39,566 bases of DNA, taken from NCBI RefSeq assembly GCF_001194135.2, contig NC_068996.1:47565376-47604941 (forward strand). The letters run 5' to 3'. Each line of letters begins with the position of its first letter. Position 1 is the first letter of the stretch. Origin of the DNA: Octopus bimaculoides (lineage: Eukaryota). Under the pieces are notes generated by a model, which saw only the letters and a list, made by a program, of their open reading frames with translations, was not told where the DNA came from and did no database searches. Shown here one piece after another: positions 23,036 through 34,304 of the stretch. A program made the position numbers and the translations under genes.

Positions 23036-23200
23036 GTCATTTTGATAGAGGACACAACAGTTGCATTTTTATGGCAAAACAAATGTTTTGGTTACACCAC
23101 AAGCAGACCCTTGCCATTGATGTGGTAGTATCATGCAAGAAAAATAAAAGTGTGACAGAGGTAGGGAATACAAGCCTGGACTTCTTTCTCATGAATAATC

Positions 23201-23505
23201 ATCATCATCATCATCATCGTTTAACGTCCGCTTTCCATGCTAGCATGGGTTGGATGATTTGACTGAGGACTGGCGAACCAGATGGCTACACCAGGCTCCA
23301 ATCTGATTTGGAAGAGTTTCTACAGCTGGATGCCCTTCCTAACACCAACCACTCAGAGAGTGTAGTGGGTGCTTTTACGTGCCACCGGCACGAAGGCCAG
23401 TCAGGTGGTACTGGCAACGGCCACGCTCAAAATGGTGTATTTTACGTGCCACCTGCACGGGAGCCAGTTCAGCGGCACTGGCAACGATCTCGCTCGAATG
23501 TCTTT
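23201..23505 (-). mobile_element. SINE family E, well preserved, with internal ~68-bp duplication
   Basis: (CAT)n-CGTTTAACGTCCGC tail; two TTTTACGTGCCACC...GGCAACG units. Confidence 0.9.
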
Positions 23506-24132
23506 ACACATGCCATCCGGCCCAAGTGCTAGGAAGGATATAAACAATAAATCATTATTTGACATTATTGAACTTGCTTTGTATCATCTTGCAGTGTAAA
23601 TTCTTGTAGCAGAAGTAGACTGCTCACAGAAGTATAAAAGTGGAGGTAGATGACATACTAAAGTAAGATTGGTCAGGTAGAGTGCACACTAAATTGGCAC
23701 CCAATGAGCAATGAAAATACATGCACACACATACAAAAGCTATCACAGCTGAAATGTCATCAGGTTCAAGTCTCTTTTGAGTACCAATGTCAATGCCCAA
23801 TATAAACACATTTTGAATTTCATTACGACATTTCTCACACAAGCAAAACAAGTGTATCAAAACCAAATGAATTTCAAATAGTAACTACACAAAATAGAGC
23901 ATGTAACCAGTAATCATGTATCTTGTGGTTCTGCAAGCCACTATATCTCAAAGTAAAAGCAATGTGATCCAAATTCTTTAAATAATAACAGGAAAAAAGA
24001 GTACCCAGGATAACTAACCACTCAGTTGTGGAATTACTGAATTATGACCCTTTGACTGTAAATGCAATTCTCAAGCAATTGTTTACTAAACTGATGTAAT
24101 ATCTACCAACAGCAGTATGCAGGCACTGGATA

Positions 24133-24855
24133 TTACATAGGAATGTGTGAGGGACCTTTCAAGAATACTTCTAGGAATTACAAACCCACCTTTAAAATTA
24201 CAAATAAGAATAACACATCGCTGTCATGCTATGCATGATAACTGAAATAAAATACACTAATTTTAAAGTATTTTAGCCAACAACAACAAATACATTAAGA
24301 GAAGAAATTTTTTCAGTCTATGTAACAGAGAAAAATTTTATACATTAACTCAAACGACAGACATTCTAAACAGGAAAACTGAATTTATATCAATATGCTG
24401 TCATGAGAATAAAATTTATTTTCTTTTCAATCAAAACAAAACCATTTGAAATGTATTAATTTGCCAGAAATAGATTGCTACCCAGCTGGAAGTCTACCAA
24501 CTCACAAACTGAATGCACAAAAGTCATTTTTTCTTGATATATCATCCAAACATACTGCAAATACAAGGATGCATGAGTGTATGTGTGTGCTTGTATGTGC
24601 ACATGTATGTTGTGTGAGTGTGAATGTGTTGTGTATGTGTGTGAGTGAGAGATAGAGAGGGGGAGGGAAGGAGAGAGAGAGAGATAGAGTGAGTTTCAAA
24701 TAGATTTAATTTAAACTAATTTAAAATAAATATCTCTGTTCTAGTCACCATGCACAGCATGACAAATATGCTCGTTATTGTTGTATGTAAATTTAAAGGT
24801 AGATTTGTTGTTCCGAGAACAACTCTTAAAAGGTCCCTCACGTTTTCTTATGTAA
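24133..24855. mobile_element. Old fold-back element with ~135-bp imperfect inverted arms
   Basis: 24133-24267 aligns to the reverse complement of 24720-24855 (GTGAGGGACCTT, ACCTTTAAA, TGTCATGCT.TGCATG). Confidence 0.7.
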
Positions 24856-25863
24856 CTGTTTTCTGTTTACATAATGTGTAGTCAGCAATGTAAAGGATAT
24901 GCATTCAACACTGGCCAGACTACTTTCCCTAATGGCTCCTAGCATCAGGAAACAAAGGGACCAACAACTTCGTCATATCTGACATTATATCCTACAAAAA
25001 TCATAATTAACTCGTAAAATGTATCTTCAACACAATACATATACATATATATATGAATTACACACAGTTCTCCATATATCACGAAGCATTCCATCATACT
25101 CAGGAACGGTAAAAAGAAGAAGAAAACAGAAAAACAATTTGAGAAGCCGCACAAATGTGAACTCATAAATCCCAGAAAGAATAACCTAGGAATGGTTCAT
25201 AAGACAGTCCTGTCTACATCAACTCGCCTGAAAGCAATTTGTCTGCAACAGTTTATATAACACAATTTGTCTGGTAATATAATTTATTTTCAACATCTTG
25301 CCTAAAATACAATTTATGTCTGAAAATGAATTCATCAAGCAATAACAAACAAATCAAACTGACATAACACACACACATACACATTACTACCCCACACAGA
25401 CACTCCCTTTATACACAGACTCCTCAACATAAGCCCTACCCCACCCTCCTGATGCACACAACCAAAAACCCACACAACCACAGACACACTTTTCTACACA
25501 TATATTTCTATGCTTACACTACTAGACAAATAGATTAAACGCTACTATTACAATCCCTACAACTGCTACAACTACCCCACCTCCACTACTGCCATTACCA
25601 TTAATGTCGCTGTCATCAACACCACTGTTACCTCCAAAACCAACAACAACAACAATGTTATCACCATTAGCACTATTTGTTTCTGGATATATTTTAATTT
25701 CAATTTTTAGACTAATTTTATTTTAGACAATTTGTTTCAGAGAAATTTCTTTTCCTAAATGCTGTCTAGATTCAAAATAAACAAAAGAATCAAGCAATCC
25801 ACAAACATCAGCCTCTGGAACAACCCTTTGACCATTATTAAATGTCTTAACAACGTCAGGAAG

Positions 25864-25958
25864 TCAAAAAGCTGAGGAATCATGCAACACAGTGTCATTG
25901 ATTATCATAAAGTCACTTTGACATATGTGAGGCACACTGTACACTTCTTCAGCAACAT
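25864..25958 (-). other. Candidate terminal coding exon of unknown gene
   Basis: Acceptor ctcgttccttccttcaaatAG; frame (D)VAEEVYSVPHICQSDFMIINDTVLHDSSAF-TGA; unique sequence. Confidence 0.25.
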
Positions 25959-26329
25959 CTATTTGAAGGAAGGAACGAGATTATGTACAACAATAACATT
26001 TGATCAGTAGAAAGAAATCCTCTATGTAGGTTATTCAGCAAGAAATTGAGTTAATAGTTTTTCTTGGTCATGGGAGACTACCAAGGAATGAAGATGTGTC
26101 ATCCTCATTTAGTGTTCATTTTCCAAACTGGCATTGGTTAAAAGGTTTGGCTGGAATTGGTAAGCCAGAGATCTGTGCCAGGTTCAAGTCTAATTTGGCA
26201 TGGTCTCTATGGCTGGATGCCCTTCCTAATGCCAACCATTCCAAGAGTGTAGTGGGTGCCTTTTATGTGTCACTGGCATGGGTGCTTTTAGGTACCGACA
26301 TGGGTGCTCTTACATGTCATCGATACCAA

Positions 26330-26461
26330 ATTTACATTTGACGGATATTTGTCCTCATCTTGTTTGTTTTAGCTGATATACCCTCCAGCCTTCATCAGGT
26401 GTTTTGGGGGAAATTTCGAACATGGGTTCTCATTCCTTAGGTATTTTTCGATGTTATCATC

Positions 26462-26492
<31 letters not shown>

Positions 26493-26665
26493 CCACTGCC
26501 TGGAATCGAACTCAGAATCTTGGGGTCAGTAGCCCACACTCTTAATCACTATGCCATATGCCCACAAGCATATGGCGTAGTGGGCGTAGTGGGCATAAGA
26601 TGAGGGCAAATATCCTTCAAATGTAAATAATGTACATAATTCATCATCTCTTAAATATAGAACTG
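26330..26665. mobile_element. Fold-back element made of a tRNA-headed, hammerhead-bearing unit in head-to-head palindrome; right arm internally deleted
   Basis: 32-bp inverted repeats at 26330-26361 and 26597-26628; central 15-bp palindrome arms at 26547-26561 and 26568-26582; tRNA-like head on the minus strand at 26489-26561; degenerate HHR on the minus strand at 26367-26402; right end AACTG|TA. Confidence 0.75.
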
Positions 26666-26704
26666 TACAATTTCACCTCCATGAGACTCAACATTCGAAG
26701 ATCA

Positions 26705-26975
26705 TACTTCACCACCTTATCCCATGTCTTCCTGGGTCTACTGCTTCCAGAGATTCCCTCCAGTTAGAGATTGGCACTTCTTTATGCATCACATGGCTAT
26801 ACCAGTGCAGTCTTCTCTCTTGCACACTACATCTGATGCCTCTTATACCCAATTTTTCTCTCAAGATGCTTACACTCTGTAGTACATGCACACTGACATT
26901 GCACATCCAGCTTCACTTCTTTCAAGCCTTCGCATGTCCCCTGCAGTCATAGCCCATGTTTTACTACCAGGTAGC
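26705..26975 (-). pseudogene. RTE-clade LINE reverse-transcriptase C-terminal remnant
   Basis: GSKTWAMTAGDMRRLERSE; WMCNVSVH...LREKLGIRGIRCSVQERRLHWYSHV, matching RTE RLRWxGHV. Confidence 0.85.
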
Positions 26976-27379
26976 ATGGTTGTTCACACACAGGCAGGCA
27001 GTGTGCTGTGTTCTTGATCAGAACACTTCATCTCATATTGCTCTCTATAACCACTTCATCGTCTCACATGTGGCACCTGTACAGGCAACATCGATTTGAA
27101 TGATGAAGTGAGTGTATGTACAACTCAAATATTTGATTACTAGAAGCAAATCATTTACGCAGGTTGCTTAGCAAGAAATTGCAGAACCATCTTTCACAGA
27201 CTCAAGAGATTACCAAGAAGATGATTAATCTTTGCTGAACTAGAATCTTCTAGTCAACCCTTTTCAAAGGGCCCATGTGGGCATTAAATAAGATTATGTG
27301 ACAACTGATATTGTGTGCTGGAAGTCCCAGTTCTTTAACAAGGATGTATGCTGGATTATGAAATGGCAACTGAGAGCTC

Positions 27380-27391
27380 TCTTTCTTTCTT

Positions 27392-27449
<58 letters not shown>
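27380..27449. repeat. (CT)n microsatellite
   Basis: Seen directly. Confidence 0.95.
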
Positions 27450-27452
<3 letters not shown>

Positions 27453-27654
27453 CCTCTGTTGTAACCAGCAATCCAGATCTCATACTAATCATTTTGGCCA
27501 GTCCTTTCTTGTCACAATGTCATCCTTCAAAAACTACCTCCAAAGTCATGTTTCTCTGTGAGTGCCAACTTGCAATTTAAGCAGAACATTAATGACATCA
27601 GTGTCCTTAGTCTTAGGGGGAATCAGTAGAATGTTCAAGTACTCTTATGTCACT

Positions 27655-28113
27655 ATGTGAAGGCACATGGCTTGATAGTCAATGTGTTGTACTCACAATC
27701 ACAATATTGTGATTTCGATTCACAGATCGGACAGTGTCTTCTTGACTAGTCTTGTAATGGCATTCACCCAGGGAGGGGTTAAGCCAGCTCCTATTGGGTT
27801 CATGGCCAATTCTGCAGTGTTAAAGCCATTCCCTGTTCCAGCAATGAACACCAATGACTCGAGGACTGCAAACGAGCTCCATATCTACTTTGACTGTCAT
27901 GAGTCAAATCTTCAGCTGACCACCTTTTTGCTTATGCCAACCGAGGGGGACAGTGTGCTGCTCTCTTGAACAAAATACTTCATTTCATGGCAAGAGAGAC
28001 TGATAGAATAAGTACTAGGCTTACAAAGAATAGATCCTGGGGTCGATTTGCTTGACTAAAGGCGGTGCTCCAGCACATCCACAGTCAAATGACTGAAACA
28101 AGAGTAAAAGAAA
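27655..28113 (+). mobile_element. Chimeric SINE (family C head plus family B tail) interrupted by a 210-bp insert
   Basis: Removing 27738-27956 restores the family C head. From ~27990 the sequence switches to the family B tail. Confidence 0.75.
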
Positions 28114-28257
28114 GAAAAACAAACCACCAGAAACATAGGTGATGAACTAAATGTTTGCAATATTTAGTTATATCTCTTTTTAATTCTAAGTTTATTCTAA
28201 GTTATAACAAAGTCTGAATGGTTCAGAAATTTGCAAGCTGGAAAACATTGGTTTCAG

Positions 28258-28461
28258 ATTTTTGGTACACGGCTAGTAATTTCGGGGGAGGGGACAAATT
28301 GATTAAATCAGCCCCAGTGCTCAACTGAGACTTATTTTATTGATCCCAAAAGGTTGGATAACAAAATCAACTTAGATGGAATTTGAACTCAGAACATCAA
28401 GACAGACGAACTGCAACTAAACATTTTGCCCAACATGCTAACAATATTGTCAGCTTGGCAC
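28258..28461 (-). mobile_element. SINE family A
   Basis: GGAATTTGAACTCAGAAC...CATTTTGCCCAACATGCTAAC. Confidence 0.8.
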
Positions 28462-28469
28462 TTAAATCA

Positions 28470-29850
28470 AGCTGGTAAACATATTACCATTTTGAAATGT
28501 AGATCTCTTTTAATAGAATCAAATGCACATCTGGTGCAAATAAATGTGCAGCTGACACACTCAGGAAATGGATCTTAACAACTTTCAACAGACTCAACCT
28601 GAAGGTGACAGTTGAAGCTATCTGTACACAAGTAAACTTCTTTGATTCTACTCCTGACTTATTCTATGGTTTGCATAACCCATTCAAAATACAAAATACA
28701 ATTTCATTATGCATCTACACACTCAAACAAAAAATCAAATATCGGATACCTAACAGTATCAATAATAGGCTAACTCCCTTTTTTTTATCATCAGACAAAG
28801 CCAAATGTAGCCATTGTTCCATGAAAAACAGATAACCAGTAGGGACAAACTACAACTATTTCAAACATTCAAGGAAGAGAAATATGGAATACAACACCAA
28901 TAGGGAAAAACAAAAGCGTTACAAAAGCAATATTTTCTTCTCACTGATCACTAAACACTTTCTTGGTGGATAGAGATTACATTATTCATTCAACAACAAC
29001 AACAACACTACGAAGATGATCTTTCTACTGCATGGACAATATGTCCAGTATCATAAAGAGCCACAACATAGTTATCCCATGGCAACATCAATGCCAGTAA
29101 AGGAAATAAATGTGATTCTGCCCCTATGTTGTGAAAGAAGCATAGTATATTGCACAAATGTATTGCCAGTTTTCTATATAAAATAAACAAAATATGTGTA
29201 ACGGTCGTAAGATGAACGATGAACAGTGATCGAAGTTGTAAAGAAATATTTATTTACCGTTACTTTAATAAATGCCATACCACGACGGGTAGGTTAGTGT
29301 AATAGTATAACACAGTTCGTAAAAGTTATAGAGTGTGGGACGTTGTCTCACAGTTGCTAACAGTAAACTTCATTTTTCCCTCTGGCCAAGGTTCTAGCTG
29401 GTCAGCCAGACTTCGTTCTCACCGAGTCGTCACCATGTGACTGGACTTGTTGAGTCGTCACCGACTGGTGACTAGACCGAATTTTTCTTTGGGTTTCCTT
29501 GCTTTTATAACTATCTAGAAGGATAGACATATTATTGAGAACAATAGATTTAGTTGGTGGTCTTGTTATCTCTATTCTATCTTTTAGTGGAGTAGAAAAG
29601 GTTAGAAAGGGTCAAGTGGTGAAGACATTGTCTCGGCCTAGCTAAAGGCATCTGGAAAATATTAAACTGCTGTGAGAGAAAAACCATTGTTCCACCATGG
29701 GAAAAGATCTGTTGCAGTGTTAATTTAAATTTGGCTATAATGGATCGAATCCACTTCATGCATGCAAGATCCACTACATATATATTCACATGCTGCATTC
29801 ACCCATACAAATCATGTAATAGCTACCTGGAAAAATAACCTTGCAATGCC
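28470..29850 (+). pseudogene. Second Penelope-like element remnant (RT thumb to GIY-YIG), split by an LTR-like insertion
   Basis: LRKWILTTFNRLNLKVTVE..QVNFFD (RT); IPNSINNRL; FYCMDNMSSIIKSHN; IVY before the insert; FK.GYNG and TWK after it. Heavily degraded. Confidence 0.7.
29197..29697 (-). mobile_element. Probable solo LTR (right boundary uncertain, ~29620-29700)
   Basis: Minus strand has TATAAAAG (~29510-29503), AATAAA (~29250) and ends ...CGACCGTTACA at 29197. CpG-richer than its flanks. No clean TSD found. Confidence 0.5.
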
Positions 29851-29859
29851 ATCTAAATC

Positions 29860-30350
29860 ATCATCACCATAGTCATCGTCATCATTTAGTGTCCACTTCT
29901 CTATGCTTGCATGGGTCAGACAAAGTTTGTTTTTTTAATTTAAGGCAGAGTTTTTACAGCTAGATGACCTTGTCACTGACCTTTACCAGTTTCCAAGCAT
30001 GGTAATTTCTCTATAGCCAGACATATTCTGGCAGAATATTGGCAATACAATAATCCCTCGACTATCGCAGGCATTACATTCCAAAACCCCCCATGATAGT
30101 TGAAAATCCACAAAGTAGAAACAGTGCTGTATATTTTTATTATTATTTTTATAATTTGCATATATTTATTTTATTATAAATGCAAAACAACACCACGGAG
30201 GAATCAATGTAAGCTTAAATAATAAATCACAAATGGTGAACAACGATATGGCACAGGATTACTGTATGAAAAATAAATGACACTGCTTGTATGACAGTGC
30301 TGCTCATTTACAACTATCACGCAAGGAGACACGAACACACTCACAAATAT
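29860..30350 (-). mobile_element. SINE family E variant, interrupted by a pogo MITE
   Basis: (CAT)n-TTTAGTGTCC tail; body resumes after 30266. Confidence 0.7.
30048..30264. mobile_element. pogo/Tigger-type MITE, 217 bp
   Basis: TA at both ends (30046-47, 30265-66); TIRs CAATAATCCCTCGACTATCG / CGATATGGCACAGGATTACTG; Tigger-like subterminal sequence. Confidence 0.85.
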
Positions 30351-30517
30351 GCACTCAAATGTTGAGTATGTCCAGGTCAATGTTTAAAATCTTAGTTGTT
30401 TAAAATTTTACCTGATAACAGTGGATAATCTATCATGATGCAATCTTTTATGACTACATTAAATAGAATTCCACCAAAATGGCTGCTGTAAATTTTAAGT
30501 ACCATTTGTGTTTACCT

Positions 30518-30552
<35 letters not shown>

Positions 30553-30822
30553 TTAATGTCTGCTTTCCATGCTAGCATGGGTTGGACGATTTGACTGAGG
30601 ACTGGTGAACCAGATGGCTACACCAGGCTCCAGTCTGAGTTTCTACAGCTGGATGCCCTAACAAACGCCAACCACTCAGAGAGTGTACTGGGTGCTTTTT
30701 ATGTTCCACCGGCACGAAGGTTAGTCAGGCAGTACTAGCAACAGCCATGCTCAAAATGGTGTATTTTACGTTCCACCTGCACAAGAGCCAGTCTAGCGGC
30801 ACTGGCAACGATCTTGCTCGAA
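30518..30822 (-). mobile_element. SINE family E
   Basis: Near-identical to 23201-23505. Confidence 0.9.
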
Positions 30823-31159
30823 TATATATATATATATATTGTTGTATGTATGTTGCATTTAAAAGAGGAATATATGGACTGTATTTATTGTGTAACTTCA
30901 TGTGTTACCAAATACAAAAACATATGTAACAGATGAAATTAAGGGATACCAAGTTCAAAGATGTCGTCTTGTCTCTCATTATTGATGTGTTCTCTACATT
31001 ATGTTATAGCCTTCCTCAGACTGCGCAGGACCCTGTGGGATCATGCAATGGAAAGAGCTTAATGTGATTAACAATAAAAGCTGAAATCTGAACAGTAAAA
31101 TTGTCAGGCACTAAGTGCATCCATTCCTAAAAGAATGTACACACACATGTGTCTGTCAC

Positions 31160-31193
<34 letters not shown>

Positions 31194-31298
31194 TGTGTGT
31201 GTGTGTGTAAAAATATATACAGAGAGAGAGAGAGAAATATTTGTACATGTTACAAAAAAGCAACAACAACAAAAAAATTATACAAAAATATGTAAGTA

Positions 31299-31348
<50 letters not shown>

Positions 31349-32088
31349 CTCATGTCCATATATTTGCAGGAATGCACACAAACACACACAGCTCATAATT
31401 AGGTACCGGTCAATTATCTCAAAGATTTGGAAGGAGAAAAAAGGAGAAAATGGTATCCAAGACACTGCATAATATTAAGCTGTCAGTTTTGATTTGACAC
31501 AGTATTTTTATATGTATGAACATCTGTGAGTGTATGCATGTGTCAGTCAGTGTCTGCTTTTAACAAATCCTCATCTTTTACATCCATATTAATTCTATTT
31601 ATCTAATTATTCAACATCAAGTTCAAAAGTCCAAAGCAATAACATCTCAGCAGAAAAAATAATGAACATTAATTTCTATATAAAGTTAAATGAAACTAAT
31701 TCAATAGCGAATATATTAGCTATACTTAAATAGTACTGTACTCTTGAAAAATCAGTCTACTTTAATTAAATGATTAAGAATTCAAAACCAAAACATTGTC
31801 TGATTATTTCTTTCTAATTCATTTCTGAATAAACAATAACTAACTAGCAATATTTCTCCTGGAACTGAATCGAAGAACCATTATATTAATGCGTGTGTGT
31901 ATAGAAACACACACATATATGCATGCATAGATAGATAGACTTATGTATATATAATTTCATGCTGCAAAAAATATTCGCACACTGAATACTTAAAAGGAAA
32001 AGCAGGCTCTTTCAGTTATAATATTTTAAAGAATACACTTGTACCGAGTCCTGTAATTTATCACTTCTGGAGAATTAACACAGACTTT

Positions 32089-32120
<32 letters not shown>

Positions 32121-32329
32121 TTATACTGTTATAATGCTGAAGACTGCAAGTTCAAATTTGCTTTTACTGATACGTCTTGCATCTTATATCCACTTTAAGC
32201 AGAAGGCTGAGTTGCACAGACCATCATGGTTCAAATTTGCCCTTATTTTGTTTTAATGTCTACACAGATGTATTAGTGGACCAGAATTTGCTCATATAAT
32301 TTGATTCCAATCTTGAATTCTATGCTTAG

Positions 32330-32750
32330 ATGCCAACCACTTTACAGAGAGTGCATTGAGTGCCTTTCAATGTGGCACATGCACATGAAAAATTGTCATG
32401 TCTTTGACAAGTTTAAAAGATACTTCTTGAGCCTATGATATTTCCACTCATTTGCCAACCATTTTATGGTTGTTACAAAAGTCAATTATCATGGCACTAA
32501 CACCAGAAAGGTTGTCATTTCTTCAACGAAACTAAAGGATCTTACAAACCTTATGATCTCTCCAAACATTTGCAAACCATTTTACAGAGTGCTTATTCTA
32601 TTGTGACACCAATACCAGACAAGTTGTCATATCCTCAACATGACTAATGATTTCTAGCAAGACTATGAAGTCACCATTCCTTAGCCAATCACAGAATATA
32701 TTTGGTGCATTTTATCATGACATCAACACTAATGAGGTTGCCATCCAATA
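32330..32750. repeat. Ancient degenerate tandem array, 4 units of ~112-122 bp, related to the SINE E body
   Basis: GCCAACCA-like starts at 32332, 32454, 32572 and 32684; each unit carries a TTGTCAT-like motif. Confidence 0.6.
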
Positions 32751-32822
32751 AGATTAGGGAGTTGTGTTAACTGTCCTCAGGTGTGTCAACTCCCACATAG
32801 CAACGTGAACATGAAAGTGAAT

Positions 32823-32824
<2 letters not shown>

Positions 32825-32910
<86 letters not shown>
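32825..32910. repeat. (GA)n microsatellite
   Basis: Seen directly. Confidence 0.95.
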
Positions 32911-32913
<3 letters not shown>

Positions 32914-33338
32914 GATGTGTGAGAGGTGACAAGAGAACAAAGATTGTGGTGGAATGCTATTTGCAAAAGTATAATGGTAGAAACAAAGCAATGGAGATGA
33001 AAGGTGGTAAAAAGAGAATGATGGATATATACAGGAATGGAAGCTGACAATGGTAAGAGCAGATAATGCATGCCTGACAATATTTGGTCTGTACTCCCTG
33101 AACATTCTTTGTTACATCTTGTTAAACAACAAGAGAAGGAGATTCTTTTGCTGTGTGTGTGTGTGTGTGTGTGTGTATTCAGAAAACAATGCGAGTGAGA
33201 GGTCGAACATACTTTACTGTGTAAGCCGACCCTTTAGCATTCAGATTACTCTTGTCAAATGTAATGCTTATTAATTCACATTGTGTTGAATTAATTATGC
33301 ATTATGACATAGCTTTGAGATTTTAATGAAATCATTAC

Positions 33339-33568
33339 TCTCTTTTACTCTTTTACTTGTTTCAGTCATTTGACTGCGGCCATGCTGGAGCACCACCTTT
33401 AGTCGAGCAAATTGACCCCAAGAGTTATTCTTAGTAAGCTTAGTACTTATTCTATCGGTCTCTTTTGCTGAACCGCTAAGTTACGGGGATGTAAACACAC
33501 CACCAACAGTTGTCAAGCGATGTTGGGGAGACAAACACAGACACACAAACACACACGCACACACACAA

Positions 33569-33603
<35 letters not shown>

Positions 33604-33766
33604 CATATATACGACGGGCTTCTTTCAGTTTCCGTCTACCAAATCCACTCACAAGGCTTTGGTCGGCCCGAGGCTATTGTAGAAGACACTTGCCCAAGGT
33701 GTTACACAGTGGAACTGAACCCGGAACCATGTGGTTGGTAAGCAAGCTTCCTACCACACAGCCACT
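33339..33766 (-). mobile_element. SINE family B nested in MITE 1
   Basis: Well-preserved tail, body and head. Confidence 0.92.
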
Positions 33767-34085
33767 AGAACAACATTGAACTGTAGATGTGAGAGACAGT
33801 ACCTGACCATTTGGAACAGACCATTTGGAACATAAAACATGTAGAATATTTGGGCCAGGCATATGGTCAATTTAAGTGTTAAGGGGTTAAAGTGTACATT
33901 AGATGTACAGTCTTGAAATAAACCATCAGATTATTATTTCCTTATTAAACCTTTAGTTCTCAGATTAATCTGTCAAATGTAATGCTTATTTATTCACCTT
34001 GTTTGGAATTAATCATGTATTATCTTGTAGCTTTGAGATTTTAATGACTGGTTGTTCATTTTTAGAATAATATAATGAAAGTAAA

Positions 34086-34304
34086 GGCGGTGAGCTGGCA
34101 GAATCATTAGCACGCTAGGTGAAATGCTTAGCAGTATTTTGTCTGTCTTTACGTTCTGAGTTCAAATTCTGCTGAGGTCGACTTTGCCTTTCATCCTTTC
34201 GGGGTTGATAAATTAAGTACCAGTTGCATACTGAAGTCGATCTAATCGACTGGCCCCCTCACCCAAAATTTCGAGCCTTGTGCCTGAAGTAGAAAAGAAT
34301 ATTA
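34086..34304 (+). mobile_element. SINE family A nested in MITE 2
   Basis: GGCGGTGAGCTGGCAGAATC head. Confidence 0.9.

Noticed and set aside
23741-23765. TATCACAGC, the miR-2 family 5' sequence
   Set aside because: The rest does not match miR-2 as recalled and there is no complementary 5' arm.
24094-24138. Hairpin ATGTAATATC/GATATTACAT as a miRNA precursor
   Set aside because: Stem of only 10-12 bp, overlaps the end of the fold-back element, and matches no miRNA I recognise.
26489-26561. Functional tRNA gene
   Set aside because: Acceptor stem does not close and anticodon stem is weak; it is a tRNA-derived head of a repeat. The same applies to heads of SINE A-D.
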